Shown here: piece by piece, positions 9,839-19,341 of the stretch
How positions within the stretch are numbered: the stretch's first letter is position 1
Layout: each line of letters begins with the position of its first letter
Position numbers and translations under genes: made by a program
The notes under the pieces: generated by a model
What the model saw: only the letters and a program-made list of their open reading frames with translations
The model's database searches: none
Told to the model about the DNA's origin: nothing
From: Rebecca billardiae RCC1528
Lineage: Eukaryota > Protista > Haptophyta
Reading direction: 5' to 3'
Assembly (NCBI GenBank): GCA_965240325.2
Contig: OZ251234.1
Location: 1,116,001-1,180,000, forward strand
Length of the DNA stretch: 64,000 bases

Positions 9839-12571
9839 ATGCCGCCCACCGCGACTCAGCTCGGCGCGTCGCTGATCGTGCTCTTCGTCGCGGTGGCCTT
9901 CGAGCCTACCCTGAGCGGCCCCGCGCTCTTCACGGGTATCGACGACCAGGACAACTTCGTCGAGCACCCGCTCATCTCTGCCGCACCGCGCGGCCTCGGT
10001 GTCGGCCAGCTGCTCGCCTTCTGGCGGCCCAAGCAGGTGACGCTCGGCGTGTGGGAGCCAGTGGCGAGCACGGTGAAGGCCGTGGTCGCGCGGCTGTACG
10101 GTGTGGACTCCGCCCTCCCCTTCGTCCGCCTCTCCGTCGGCCTGCACGCCCTCAACGCGCTAGCAGCATACGCACTCAGCTGCCGCATCCTGGCGACGCT
10201 GCGACGGCGCGGCGTGCGCGGCCTGCCGGCCGGGCTGGGCGAGGATCACCGGCCGGTGTGCTTGGCGGCGCTGCTCGTGGCGACGTGTCCGATGTGTGCC
10301 GAGGCCGTCTCGTGGGCCTCGTGCCAGCCCTACCTCCTCGCGGCGCTGCTCTCGCAACTGTACGTCTGGCTGCACCTGCGCCGCCATCATCCCACCGCGG
10401 AGGAGGAGGCGGCGCGCGCGAGCGCACCGGCGGAGTGGACGATCGTGCTCACGATGTGCGCGGCGGCGCTGTGCAAGGCGGCGGCGCTCACCGCGTTTGT
10501 GGTCCCGGCATCCATCGACGTGCTCGTCTACCTGCACAGCTACGGCACGCGCGTGCGCCGGTTGCCGCGCGCGCGGTCGGGCGCGGCGCGCGCCAACAGC
10601 GCGCTCTCACGCGCGGCGGCCAGCATCGACGGCGTGGACCCGGCGGTAGAGAACGTGGAGTACTTCGAGGAGCCGTACGCCGCGGACGAGGACGACGAGG
10701 ACGACGAGGACGAGCACGCGTACGACGAGCGCGAGCTCGACTTCGCCTCGCTGAAGGCGCGCGCCGCCTCGCGCCGCTGCTGGCACCTCGCGGGCTCCTC
10801 GCCCGACGAGGCGCTGCTCATGGAGGCGTTCGACGTGGCGGTGTCGACGCACTGGCGCGCGGTGCTGGCGTGCGTGGTGGGCGTGGCCGTCGCGAGCGCC
10901 GCGACCACCGGCATGCACGGCCGCGCGCTCACCATGCTCGAGCGCATCCTGCGCGCGTGCCACATGCTGTTCGCATACCCCCTAAGCGGCCTCTGTGTGC
11001 ACGCGGCCACCTCCATCCGACTGCACCTGCCCGACCGCCTCGAGCCGATCTCGGCGCGGTTCGGGCTGCCGACGATCGTGGCGCTGCTGATGGTGAAGGG
11101 CTTCACGTACGCGGTGCAGTGGTACGGCGGCCGCGTGCGCCGGCACATCGCCGCCGCCGCGGTCGCGCGCAGCAAGGGCGCGCTCCGAGTGGCCTCGGTC
11201 CCGCCGCCGTACGGCACGCTCACTGTGATCACACTGATGTGTGCGCACGCGCTGCTGCTGCTGCCGACGCTCGGCGTGTTCGGCTGGGGCAAGCGCGGCT
11301 CGCACATCGCGATGGTGCGCGCCGATCGGTACGCGTACATCCCCTCGCTCCTCCTCGGCGTCCCCGCCCTCGCCGGAGTCCTCCAGCTGCTGGCCAACTC
11401 ATTTGGGCCGCCCGCGCGGCCGCTCGCGCTCGGCCCGGACGGCCGCGCGCTGTTCGAGCGCACCCCCGCCGTGCGCGCCGCGCTGGGCGTGTCGCGCAAG
11501 CGCGAGGCGGCGTTCGAGGCGCTGCGCGCCGAGCTGCGCGCGCTCGGGCTCCCGCACGACGACCTCGCGCGCCGATTCAACGGGATGGTCGGGCCCCTGC
11601 GCCTCGCGCGCGGCGGCGGCGGCGGCGGCGTGGCGGCGAGCGCGCCGGGCGCGGCTTCGGCCGTGGCCGCGGCCGCGGCCGCGCCAGCCGCGGCCGCGCC
11701 GGCCGCCGCCGCCGCCGCCGCCGTGGGCGCGGCACCGGCCGCGGCCGCTGCGCCCGCCGGCGGCGGCGCGGCGCCGCGCTCGCGCGCACGCCGCGCCGCG
11801 CCGCCTCCGCTCTGGCTCGCGCTGCCCCTCCTCCTCGCCGCCTTCCTCGCGCTGCGCGTGCGCGAGACGCGCGCCCTCGCGCGCGCGTGGGCCGACCCTG
11901 AGCTGCTCTACTCGCGCGTGCTGGCTGAGAACCCGTATGACGCGCCGATGCTCGAGGCGCTCGCGTCGCTGACGATGGGGCGCGGCTCGGACGAGGAGGG
12001 GCTCGAGCGCGCGAGCGCGCTGCTCCACGAGGCCCTCGACATCGCCCCATCCAGCGCATCGGTACACAACCAGCTTGGCATCCTGCTGAAGCGGCAGCGC
12101 CGGCTCACGGAGTCGGAGGCGGCGTTCCGTCGCGCGATCGAGCTGGACGCGCGCGAGCCGAGCGCGTACGTCAACCTGGGCAACCTGCTGGTGGACAGCA
12201 GGCGCGATCTGCCGCGGGCGGTCGAGGTGCTCACCACCGCCGCCGAGCTCGCGCCCGCGCGCCCCGGCACGCACAACTCGCTCGGCGTCGCGCTCAAGAC
12301 ACTCGGCCGATACGAGGACGCGCGCGCCGCGTACGCGCGCGCGCTCGAGCTCCGGCCGAGCTCGGCCTCGTTCCAGAACAACCTCGGCCTGGCGTGGATG
12401 GCGGAGGGCACGGCGGCCGGCGCGCTCGGCGCGGGCGCCGAGGCGCGCGCGCGCGCGCGCGAGTGCTTCGAGGCCGCGCTCAAGCTGCAGCCCGACCACG
12501 CAGGCGCCAAGCAGAACCTGCTGGCGCTTGCGAGCGCGGAGCAGCGCATGAGGCTCACCGGCTCGTCTTGA
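9839..12571 (+). CDS. TMTC-like multi-TM glycosyltransferase (putative O-mannosyltransferase) with C-terminal TPRs
   Basis: TM1 followed by IDDQDNFVEHP (DD motif), LHALN, AEAVSW, ADRYAYIPS, W...LY; C-terminal TPRs (HNQLG, AYVNLGNLL, HNSLGVAL, NNLGLA). Confidence 0.82.
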   Translation: MPPTATQLGASLIVLFVAVAFEPTLSGPALFTGIDDQDNFVEHPLISAAPRGLGVGQLLAFWRPKQVTLGVWEPVASTVKAVVARLYGVDSALPFVRLSVGLHALNALAAYALSCRILATLRRRGVRGLPAGLGEDHRPVCLAALLVATCPMCAEAVSWASCQPYLLAALLSQLYVWLHLRRHHPTAEEEAARASAPAEWTIVLTMCAAALCKAAALTAFVVPASIDVLVYLHSYGTRVRRLPRARSGAARANSALSRAAASIDGVDPAVENVEYFEEPYAADEDDEDDEDEHAYDERELDFASLKARAASRRCWHLAGSSPDEALLMEAFDVAVSTHWRAVLACVVGVAVASAATTGMHGRALTMLERILRACHMLFAYPLSGLCVHAATSIRLHLPDRLEPISARFGLPTIVALLMVKGFTYAVQWYGGRVRRHIAAAAVARSKGALRVASVPPPYGTLTVITLMCAHALLLLPTLGVFGWGKRGSHIAMVRADRYAYIPSLLLGVPALAGVLQLLANSFGPPARPLALGPDGRALFERTPAVRAALGVSRKREAAFEALRAELRALGLPHDDLARRFNGMVGPLRLARGGGGGGVAASAPGAASAVAAAAAAPAAAAPAAAAAAAVGAAPAAAAAPAGGGAAPRSRARRAAPPPLWLALPLLLAAFLALRVRETRALARAWADPELLYSRVLAENPYDAPMLEALASLTMGRGSDEEGLERASALLHEALDIAPSSASVHNQLGILLKRQRRLTESEAAFRRAIELDAREPSAYVNLGNLLVDSRRDLPRAVEVLTTAAELAPARPGTHNSLGVALKTLGRYEDARAAYARALELRPSSASFQNNLGLAWMAEGTAAGALGAGAEARARARECFEAALKLQPDHAGAKQNLLALASAEQRMRLTGSS

Positions 12572-13146
12572 TATATTCGAAGAGGCCCGCGCCTCTTCTC
12601 GAGGGCAGTGACGCGTCGTACGGTATCATCGTTGTAACCTGCTTGTATCGTATGGTTAGTCGTAGAGTGATGATACGCGCATACAGCCGGTCTGTACCAG
12701 TGACCGCGTTCGGAACCAGTCGCGTACTACTACGGTATGGTCCGCTGAACGGCTGATGCTGCGCAGTACTGCGCACGGCCCGGTCCTACCCTAAAACTCC
12801 CCTTTATAACGGGCTCCGGGTGATCAGACTGGCGGCCGAAGCCTCCAGCCCTACCCTGGCCAGCCCCCAACCAACCACCACCCTCACCCAACCTCAAACC
12901 ACTGACCGAGACACCAAGTGCCTACGGTAACGGGCACTGAACTCAGTACTGTAGGCGAGTACTGTAGCGCCGCCTACGGTCGGTGCCCGGTTATCAGTTG
13001 TTCACAGTTCAGTGCTGAACAGTGCTGCGCACCCATTAGATAACACTACGTACGGCCGTAAGGCGTAACGGACTACAACGCAATACGGCTCGGTAACCGA
13101 TGCACTCGGCCCTGCAGGCTGCACTCAGCACTGGCGCCTATCAGCA

Positions 13147-13609
13147 TTATTGTTCTATAACCGTTCGGTTATAGGGGTATAACTGGGCCAGCCCGCCGCC
13201 ATGATCGGCTGCTCCTCAATGCTGCTAACCGCTGCTGACCTGCTAGGGCGGCTGACCGGACCGTGCCTGGGCGGGCAGCAAGCTCCGGGCGTCGGGTGCG
13301 CGCCCAGCGAAGCGGTATGATTCCTGGGCGGGCTATATACGGGCAGCCGGACCCGCCTGTACCGAACCGGTAGATTCTACCTCTGAGCGCCGCCGATGCG
13401 GGCCGCGGCAGGCCTGCTCTTCGGCAGCCGAGGCGGGGCGGGGCCTGGGCTGATAGCCCCAGCTGCTCAGCAGCACTTCGGTCCACCGACCGTACCCCGC
13501 TCGGTGGCGACTCCTCGGCTAAGGGCGGGCGCAACCCTCGTCGGCTGCGAGCGGGCCGTCGGCTTATTCCTCCTCGGGTGCGGGCGGTGGCGTCGCTACT
13601 GATTTCGCA
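13147..13609 (+). repeat. Split direct repeat A1
   Basis: TTATTGTTCTATAACC...GATTTCGCA, apparently identical to 18366-18828. Confidence 0.95.
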
Positions 13610-13611
13610 TC

Positions 13612-15417
13612 ATGATCTGCATTTCGGCTGCGCTCTCGCTGGGGCGCCTGGTGGCCCTCCGCGGCGGCCGCACTCGCGAGCGACAGGGCCCGGCCACGGG
13701 TCGCGGCGGTGCTCAAGACGCTCAAGGACCCGTGCCCGCGTCGGCGGCGCCGGCGGCCCCGTCGGTGAGTGCCCCGCTAGCGGCGAGTGCCGCGCTGGTC
13801 CCGCCGGCGCACCCGGTGGAGGGGATCCCGCTCAGCGCCGGCGTCGCGGCGCAGCTCACCGCGCAGCTGGCGCAGCTGTCGCCGTTGCTGGCCCAGCTCG
13901 CCGCGTTGGTCCCGGCGGGGGCGGCGGGGCTCGCCCCGGCGGCGCCGGCCCTGCTCGCCCCGACGCCTACCGTCCCGGCCGCGCTGCCCCGCCCGCCCAC
14001 CTCGGTCCCAGCGGCGGCCGCGGCGGCGATGCCTCCGCCTGCCTCCTCGGATCCGCTGCTCCCCAGCCTCGCACCCACGCTCGGAGCGGCTGCTTCTGCT
14101 GCTCCCGGGGTTTCGGTCGCGCTGGACGCGGCGGGCGCGGCGGCGGCGGCCGCGCCGTCGTCGCTGCTTGCGGGCCTCGCGGCGCACGCGCTCGCCCCCG
14201 GCCTTACCGCGCTACCGGCGGGGACGGCGGCGGCGGCGGCCGACCGCGCGCCGGGGGGCGCTGCTGGCCCTGCCTCTACCGCCGCGCTGCCCGCTCACGC
14301 CGCCGGGCTCGGGTTCTCGGCCCAGTCGGTGGCGGCGCTCATGCAGGCGATGTCGGAGCAGGCGGGGGCGTCGTCGGGGGCCGGCCCGGCGCGCCGGGTG
14401 GTCGCGGACCCGGCGCGTGACGCGCCCCGCGCGCTCGTGGTGCGCGACTCGTCTGGCCAGCTCTGCACGAGCTACAACCTGCGCGATATGGTCCAGGCAT
14501 TTCCAGGCCTGGGGGAGCGCTTCGCTCGCGAGTTCTCTCGCGGGGGGCGTCTCCTCGGCGGGGTGCAGCCGAAGGATCAGCCCTTCCAGTCCCTCGAGGC
14601 GCTGCTGGGCTGCCTCACGACGACGTTTATCCCGGCCGCCTCGCCAGATGACCCCTCCCCAGCCTCTCATTGGTCGCCGGCCATGCGGGCCGAGGCGCTC
14701 GAGTTCTCGTCGTGGCTCGAGCAGCTGCGCGGCCTGATGCCCGCCGAGTCCCTCCTCTCGGTGGTGAACAAATCGTTCGTTGCCGCCGCGGCGGAGGAGC
14801 GGCGCTCGGGCCGCGCGTCATCGATCCTCTTCCTGCGCGACAGCGAGTCGGCCGAGGCGCGCGCGCTCAACGCCGAGCTGACGGCGGCGCAAGCGGTGTC
14901 GGCGTCGCTGCGCGCGGCCAACGCCGCGGTCGCGGCCGCTCCTATGCTGAAGCGGTCGGCGCCGGCGGGCGATCGCGACGCGGGGGCGGCGTCGCAGCGG
15001 CCTCGCCTCGCACCCGCCGAGCTGGGTGGGGCCGGCGGCGCGGCGCTCGAAGCGGCGGGGGGCGGGGGCGGGGCGCTCCCGCCCGGCGGCGGTGGGGGCT
15101 TCGCGCCGCGCACCGCGCGGCCTGACCACTACGTCCCGCCGTCGCTGCAGAAGTTTGTGGGCGCGGGGGGCGCACCGCTGCTCACCAAGGCGCAGGCGAA
15201 CGCGGCGCGCGCCTGCCAGCGCTTCCAGCTCACTGGCGAGCGCTGCACCTTCGCGTCATGCCCGATCGGCCGCGGCGGCACGGCGTTTGGCCCCGGCGAG
15301 TTCGACGAGTTCCACGCGCCGCGGTGTGCCATTTGCGCGTCGCCCGATCACCTCGCGGGGGCCCACGCGGTGGGGCTGTCCGGCGACGGCTGGCCGGCGG
15401 CGGTGGGCCGCATCTAG
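13612..15417 (+). CDS. gag: Gag-like ORF1 of the DIRS/Ngaro element
   Basis: ATG immediately after A1; Ala/Pro-rich N-terminus; C-terminal CQRFQLTGERCTFASC...H and CAICASPDHLAGAH zinc-finger/knuckle motifs. Confidence 0.8.
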   Translation: MICISAALSLGRLVALRGGRTRERQGPATGRGGAQDAQGPVPASAAPAAPSVSAPLAASAALVPPAHPVEGIPLSAGVAAQLTAQLAQLSPLLAQLAALVPAGAAGLAPAAPALLAPTPTVPAALPRPPTSVPAAAAAAMPPPASSDPLLPSLAPTLGAAASAAPGVSVALDAAGAAAAAAPSSLLAGLAAHALAPGLTALPAGTAAAAADRAPGGAAGPASTAALPAHAAGLGFSAQSVAALMQAMSEQAGASSGAGPARRVVADPARDAPRALVVRDSSGQLCTSYNLRDMVQAFPGLGERFAREFSRGGRLLGGVQPKDQPFQSLEALLGCLTTTFIPAASPDDPSPASHWSPAMRAEALEFSSWLEQLRGLMPAESLLSVVNKSFVAAAAEERRSGRASSILFLRDSESAEARALNAELTAAQAVSASLRAANAAVAAAPMLKRSAPAGDRDAGAASQRPRLAPAELGGAGGAALEAAGGGGGALPPGGGGGFAPRTARPDHYVPPSLQKFVGAGGAPLLTKAQANAARACQRFQLTGERCTFASCPIGRGGTAFGPGEFDEFHAPRCAICASPDHLAGAHAVGLSGDGWPAAVGRI

Positions 15418-17175
15418 GGGGCGGCGGCGGCGGCGGGTGGCGAGAACGCCGGCGTCGATGCGCTCGACCTGCCGGTGTCGTGGGCTGCCGGTGCGGCCCC
15501 TACAGTGACCTGCCCGCCGATCACAGCCGCCGAGATGTGCCAGCGCTCGCGCATGCTGGCTGGCCTCGCCGCCAGGCTGCCAGTCGCGCCGACCGCGCTC
15601 CAACTTCGTTTCCAGCAAGTGTCTGCGTTCCTGCTGGGCGGCGCGGGCGTCGACCTGTCGCGCGAGCTGCGCGACGGCGTCGACGTGCTCTTCGCCGGCC
15701 AGCCGTCTGCCGCATTCCGTCCCAATCATCCTTCAGCGCGCGCTTTCCCCGAGTTTGTCGACGCTCGCATCGCGGAGTACGTCTCTCTCGGCGTTTTGGC
15801 TGGCCCGTTCCAGCTCCGCCCCTTCCCGCGCGCGCGCATGGTCGTGTCCCCGCTGGGCTCGGTGCCCAAAGATGGGGGCGCCGACAGGCGCCTCATCGTC
15901 GACATGACCGCCTCGGGCGTGAACCCGCGGGTGCACGCCCCTTCCTTCTCCTTCGAGCGCATCGACCGCATGCTGTCTTCCCTCACGCCTGACTCTTACG
16001 TGTTCAAGGTGGACATCGCGCGCGCGTACACGCGGATGGCCGTACGTCCGGAGGACTACAGCCTGCTCTGCGTGTTCTGGCGCGGGTTCTACTACTTCTT
16101 CACATCTCTTCCCTTCGGTCTCGCATCCTCTCCTTACTGGTTTGTGCGCCTGTCCGACGCCGTTCGCGACGCCTTCGTCGCGCGTTGGTCCGGCCTCCTC
16201 TCGTTCAGCCTCGGTTCGTACATCGACGATTTCTTCGGGTGGGGCGATCGCAAGGCCGATCTCGAGGCGGCGTTCGAGCGGCTGTGCGCCACGCTGACCG
16301 CCATGGGCCTCGACCCGGCCGACAAGCCGGGCAAGCTCGTGGCGCCCGCCAAGCGCGCCGTGGTCCTGGGCTTTGACGTCGACGTCGCCAACGATGCCGT
16401 CTCGCTGCCGGCAGAGAAGCGCGCGCGGTACGCCGCGCTCCTCTCCGAGCTGCGGGCATCGCGGCCCTCCGAGCGTGAGCTGCAGAAGCTCATTGGCTGC
16501 CTCGGCTGGGCGGCTACGATCCAGCCGTCGTGCCGGGCCTTCCTTCGCCCCTTCGTCGATCTCGCGCACACGCCGTCGGCGTTTGCGCAGGGCCGTCTCT
16601 CGACCCAGCTCGGCGCCGCGCTGCCCAGCGAGTGCGCATTCTTCGCCGCGCTCCTCGAGCGGGGTGCCGGCTGGCGGCGGCTGTTCCGCCCGGTGGGCCT
16701 GGCGGTGGGCGCGCCGGTGATTGCTACCGACGCCGCCTGGGAGGCGGCGGGCGGCGGCGCCGCCTGCTCCAACGGCTGGGCGCTGCGCAAGGACTTGGCG
16801 TCGCTGCGCGTGTCGGGCGAGCTGAGGCACATCGCAGACATGGAGCTGTACATGCTCCTCCATGCTGCCATCGAGTGGGCGCCGTACTTGGCGGGCTGCC
16901 ACGTTCGCCTTTTCACGGACAGCAAGGTGGCCCTCGGGTGGCTGCGCCGGTGGCGTGTGCCGGGCTCGGCGCTGCTCAATGGCCTCCTGCAGCGCCTCTC
17001 GCTGCTGGTGGCGGAGCACGCGATCACGCTCTGGTGCTGCCATCTACCCGGTGCTCGCAACCGCCTCGCCGACGCCCTCAGCCGGCGCCGGGAGACGTCG
17101 GCTGACATGTGGCTCGAGCTCTGCTCGCTCGCGGCCGAGCCTCGGTTAGCGGGCGAAGCGGCGCTGGCCCTTTGA
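15418..17175 (+). CDS. pol: Reverse transcriptase-RNase H (pol), same frame as gag after a single TAG
   Basis: RT: SPLGSVPK, RRLIVDMT, KVDIARAY, LPFGLASSP, YIDDFF, VLGFDVD. RNase H: ATDAA, ADMELY, FTDSK, HLPGARNRLADALSR. First ATG 15535. Confidence 0.93.
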   Translation, partial: GAAAAAGGENAGVDALDLPVSWAAGAAPTVTCPPITAAEMCQRSRMLAGLAARLPVAPTALQLRFQQVSAFLLGGAGVDLSRELRDGVDVLFAGQPSAAFRPNHPSARAFPEFVDARIAEYVSLGVLAGPFQLRPFPRARMVVSPLGSVPKDGGADRRLIVDMTASGVNPRVHAPSFSFERIDRMLSSLTPDSYVFKVDIARAYTRMAVRPEDYSLLCVFWRGFYYFFTSLPFGLASSPYWFVRLSDAVRDAFVARWSGLLSFSLGSYIDDFFGWGDRKADLEAAFERLCATLTAMGLDPADKPGKLVAPAKRAVVLGFDVDVANDAVSLPAEKRARYAALLSELRASRPSERELQKLIGCLGWAATIQPSCRAFLRPFVDLAHTPSAFAQGRLSTQLGAALPSECAFFAALLERGAGWRRLFRPVGLAVGAPVIATDAAWEAAGGGAACSNGWALRKDLASLRVSGELRHIADMELYMLLHAAIEWAPYLAGCHVRLFTDSKVALGWLRRWRVPGSALLNGLLQRLSLLVAEHAITLWCCHLPGARNRLADALSRRRETSADMWLELCSLAAEPRLAGEAALAL

Positions 17176-17237
17176 CGCCGGGCGTTCTCGCCGCTCGGCG
17201 CGCAGGCTCGCCCCCGGCCATCTCCCCCTTCTTCGTT

Positions 17238-17605
17238 CAGCGATCCGCGCATCGCTTTCCTGCAATCTCATCTTCCATCAGCGATATGCACATCGCTTGC
17301 TTGCAATCTCATCTTTCAGCGATATGCACATCGCTTGCTTGCAATCTCATCTTTCAGCGATATGCACATCGCTTGCTTGCAATCTCATCTTTCAGCGATA
17401 TGCACATCGCTTGCTTGCAATCTCATCTTTCAGCGATATGCACATCGCTTTCCTTGCAGTCTCACCTTTCAGCGATGTGCACATCGCTTGCTTGCAGTCT
17501 CATCTTCGGTCTGCGATGTGCACATCGCTTGCTTGCCATCCCTTATTCTCTCAGCGGTCGATATGCACATCGCGTGCTGTCGCTTCTTGCGATCTCGTCG
17601 CTCAG
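17238..17605 (+). repeat. Tandem ~38-bp repeat array, each unit containing an AGCGAT-N6-ATCGCT hairpin
   Basis: Unit GCGATATGCACATCGCTTGCTTGCAATCTCATCTTTCA; ~9 units, central ones identical, outer ones degenerate. Confidence 0.92.
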
Positions 17606-17842
17606 CGGCAGGCGTCTTTCGTCGCTGCCTTCACCACGGCAGACCGGGCAGACCTTGCCCCGGCGCCCGTTTCTATCAAAGACCCTGCCAGCGGGCGGGC
17701 CTCCGCCCTGCGCTCTCCGCCGGGTGCGATCCGGTCGGTTTCAGCGTGGGCTTCGGGCGGCCGCTACCCTCCAAGCGCCACTCTGCGCCAGGCGGCCGAG
17801 GCCCTTCATGCTGGGCAAACAAGCCGGGAATACCCGGCGGTA

Positions 17843-17995
17843 ATGGACAACCCCATCGTGGCCGCAGCCGCGGGGTGTGTGGCGCTCGCGGCGGCGGCGG
17901 TGGGCTCGGGCCCGAACGCGGCGGGGGTCCGAGCGTACGTCGCCTTCTTTCACTCGGGTGGCGTGGCGCCAGTGTGGCCCCCGTCTCGCGTATCT
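17843..17995 (+). pseudogene. Possible N-terminal remnant of the element's tyrosine recombinase
   Basis: MDNPIV...AAGVRAYVAFFHSGGVAPVWPPS resembles the core-binding N-terminus of DIRS YRs and lies where YR is expected; no R-H-R-Y catalytic region follows. Confidence 0.35.
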
Positions 17996-18094
17996 TCCCA
18001 CCCTTCCCCTCTGCGGCGGCGGCCCGGACGGCCTCGAGCCACCGGCCCCCGGGCCACCGGGCCTCCACCTCTCCGAGGTGTGGCACCCTTCTAC

Positions 18095-18369
18095 GCGACG
18101 GTGGCCGGGAGCCGCCGCCCCTCAGCCAGTCCCCTTGCTGATCAACTGCGACCCTCGTTAGATAGCGCGGGTTGCGGGCAGAGTCGGGGCGACTGGCAAA
18201 GAGGGGGGTCGGCAGGCCCATCGCTACCTTAGCCGCGTAGCCGGAGCGTCGCGCGGAAGGAGGAATAGCAGTCGGGCGCTCCGCCGCTACTGTCACCCGG
18301 CCGCCGCCCCCGCGGCTGCCGCCGGACCGCGGGCCGAGTCCGCCGCGAGGCGGGCCTGGTCCCAGTTAT
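18095..18369 (+). repeat. Split direct repeat B1
   Basis: GCGACGGTGGCC...CCCAGTTAT, apparently identical to 18882-19156. Confidence 0.95.
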
Positions 18370-18828
18370 TGTTCTATAACCGTTCGGTTATAGGGGTATA
18401 ACTGGGCCAGCCCGCCGCCATGATCGGCTGCTCCTCAATGCTGCTAACCGCTGCTGACCTGCTAGGGCGGCTGACCGGACCGTGCCTGGGCGGGCAGCAA
18501 GCTCCGGGCGTCGGGTGCGCGCCCAGCGAAGCGGTATGATTCCTGGGCGGGCTATATACGGGCAGCCGGACCCGCCTGTACCGAACCGGTAGATTCTACC
18601 TCTGAGCGCCGCCGATGCGGGCCGCGGCAGGCCTGCTCTTCGGCAGCCGAGGCGGGGCGGGGCCTGGGCTGATAGCCCCAGCTGCTCAGCAGCACTTCGG
18701 TCCACCGACCGTACCCCGCTCGGTGGCGACTCCTCGGCTAAGGGCGGGCGCAACCCTCGTCGGCTGCGAGCGGGCCGTCGGCTTATTCCTCCTCGGGTGC
18801 GGGCGGTGGCGTCGCTACTGATTTCGCA
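18366..18828 (+). repeat. Split direct repeat A2
   Basis: Copy of A1; overlaps B1 by TTAT. Confidence 0.95.
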
Positions 18829-18881
18829 CCCTGCCCTCCCACCCGGCTCGACTGTGGTGGGCATGGCTTGTTCCGGTTGTG

Positions 18882-19156
18882 GCGACGGTGGCCGGGAGCC
18901 GCCGCCCCTCAGCCAGTCCCCTTGCTGATCAACTGCGACCCTCGTTAGATAGCGCGGGTTGCGGGCAGAGTCGGGGCGACTGGCAAAGAGGGGGGTCGGC
19001 AGGCCCATCGCTACCTTAGCCGCGTAGCCGGAGCGTCGCGCGGAAGGAGGAATAGCAGTCGGGCGCTCCGCCGCTACTGTCACCCGGCCGCCGCCCCCGC
19101 GGCTGCCGCCGGACCGCGGGCCGAGTCCGCCGCGAGGCGGGCCTGGTCCCAGTTAT
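18882..19156 (+). repeat. Split direct repeat B2
   Basis: Copy of B1; ends in TTAT followed by host sequence. Confidence 0.95.
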
Positions 19157-19341
19157 GACATCGGGACTGGCCAGGGTACCAGTATGGATACAGTTTACAA
19201 ATAAAAGAATAGACGCACACAGCCCAGGCAGGCGAGAAGGGCTGGAGCTTCAAGGGCCTTGGCTGAATGGAGGCTTCGGCCGCCTTAAAAGGGCGGGATT
19301 TTTTTAAAAAGTCTTCATCATCGTCATCATTTACGGTCCCG

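Larger units (their letters stand above)
13147..19156 (+). mobile_element. Ngaro/PAT-type DIRS-order retrotransposon with split direct repeats A1-ORFs-B1-A2-B2; no intact tyrosine recombinase
   Basis: A1 13147-13609 = A2 18366-18828 (463 bp); B1 18095-18369 = B2 18882-19156 (275 bp); TTAT at both termini and at the B1/A2 junction; gag and DIRS-type RT-RNase H ORFs. Confidence 0.93.

Noticed and set aside
17238-17605. CRISPR array (palindromic ~38-bp periodic repeats)
   Set aside because: Inter-repeat sequences are near-identical rather than unique spacers; no cas genes; eukaryotic retroelement context.
13147-18828. Conventional LTR retrotransposon (A1/A2 as LTRs)
   Set aside because: No integrase, protease or TG...CA ends; the additional B1/B2 repeats and the DIRS-type RT-RH indicate split direct repeats.
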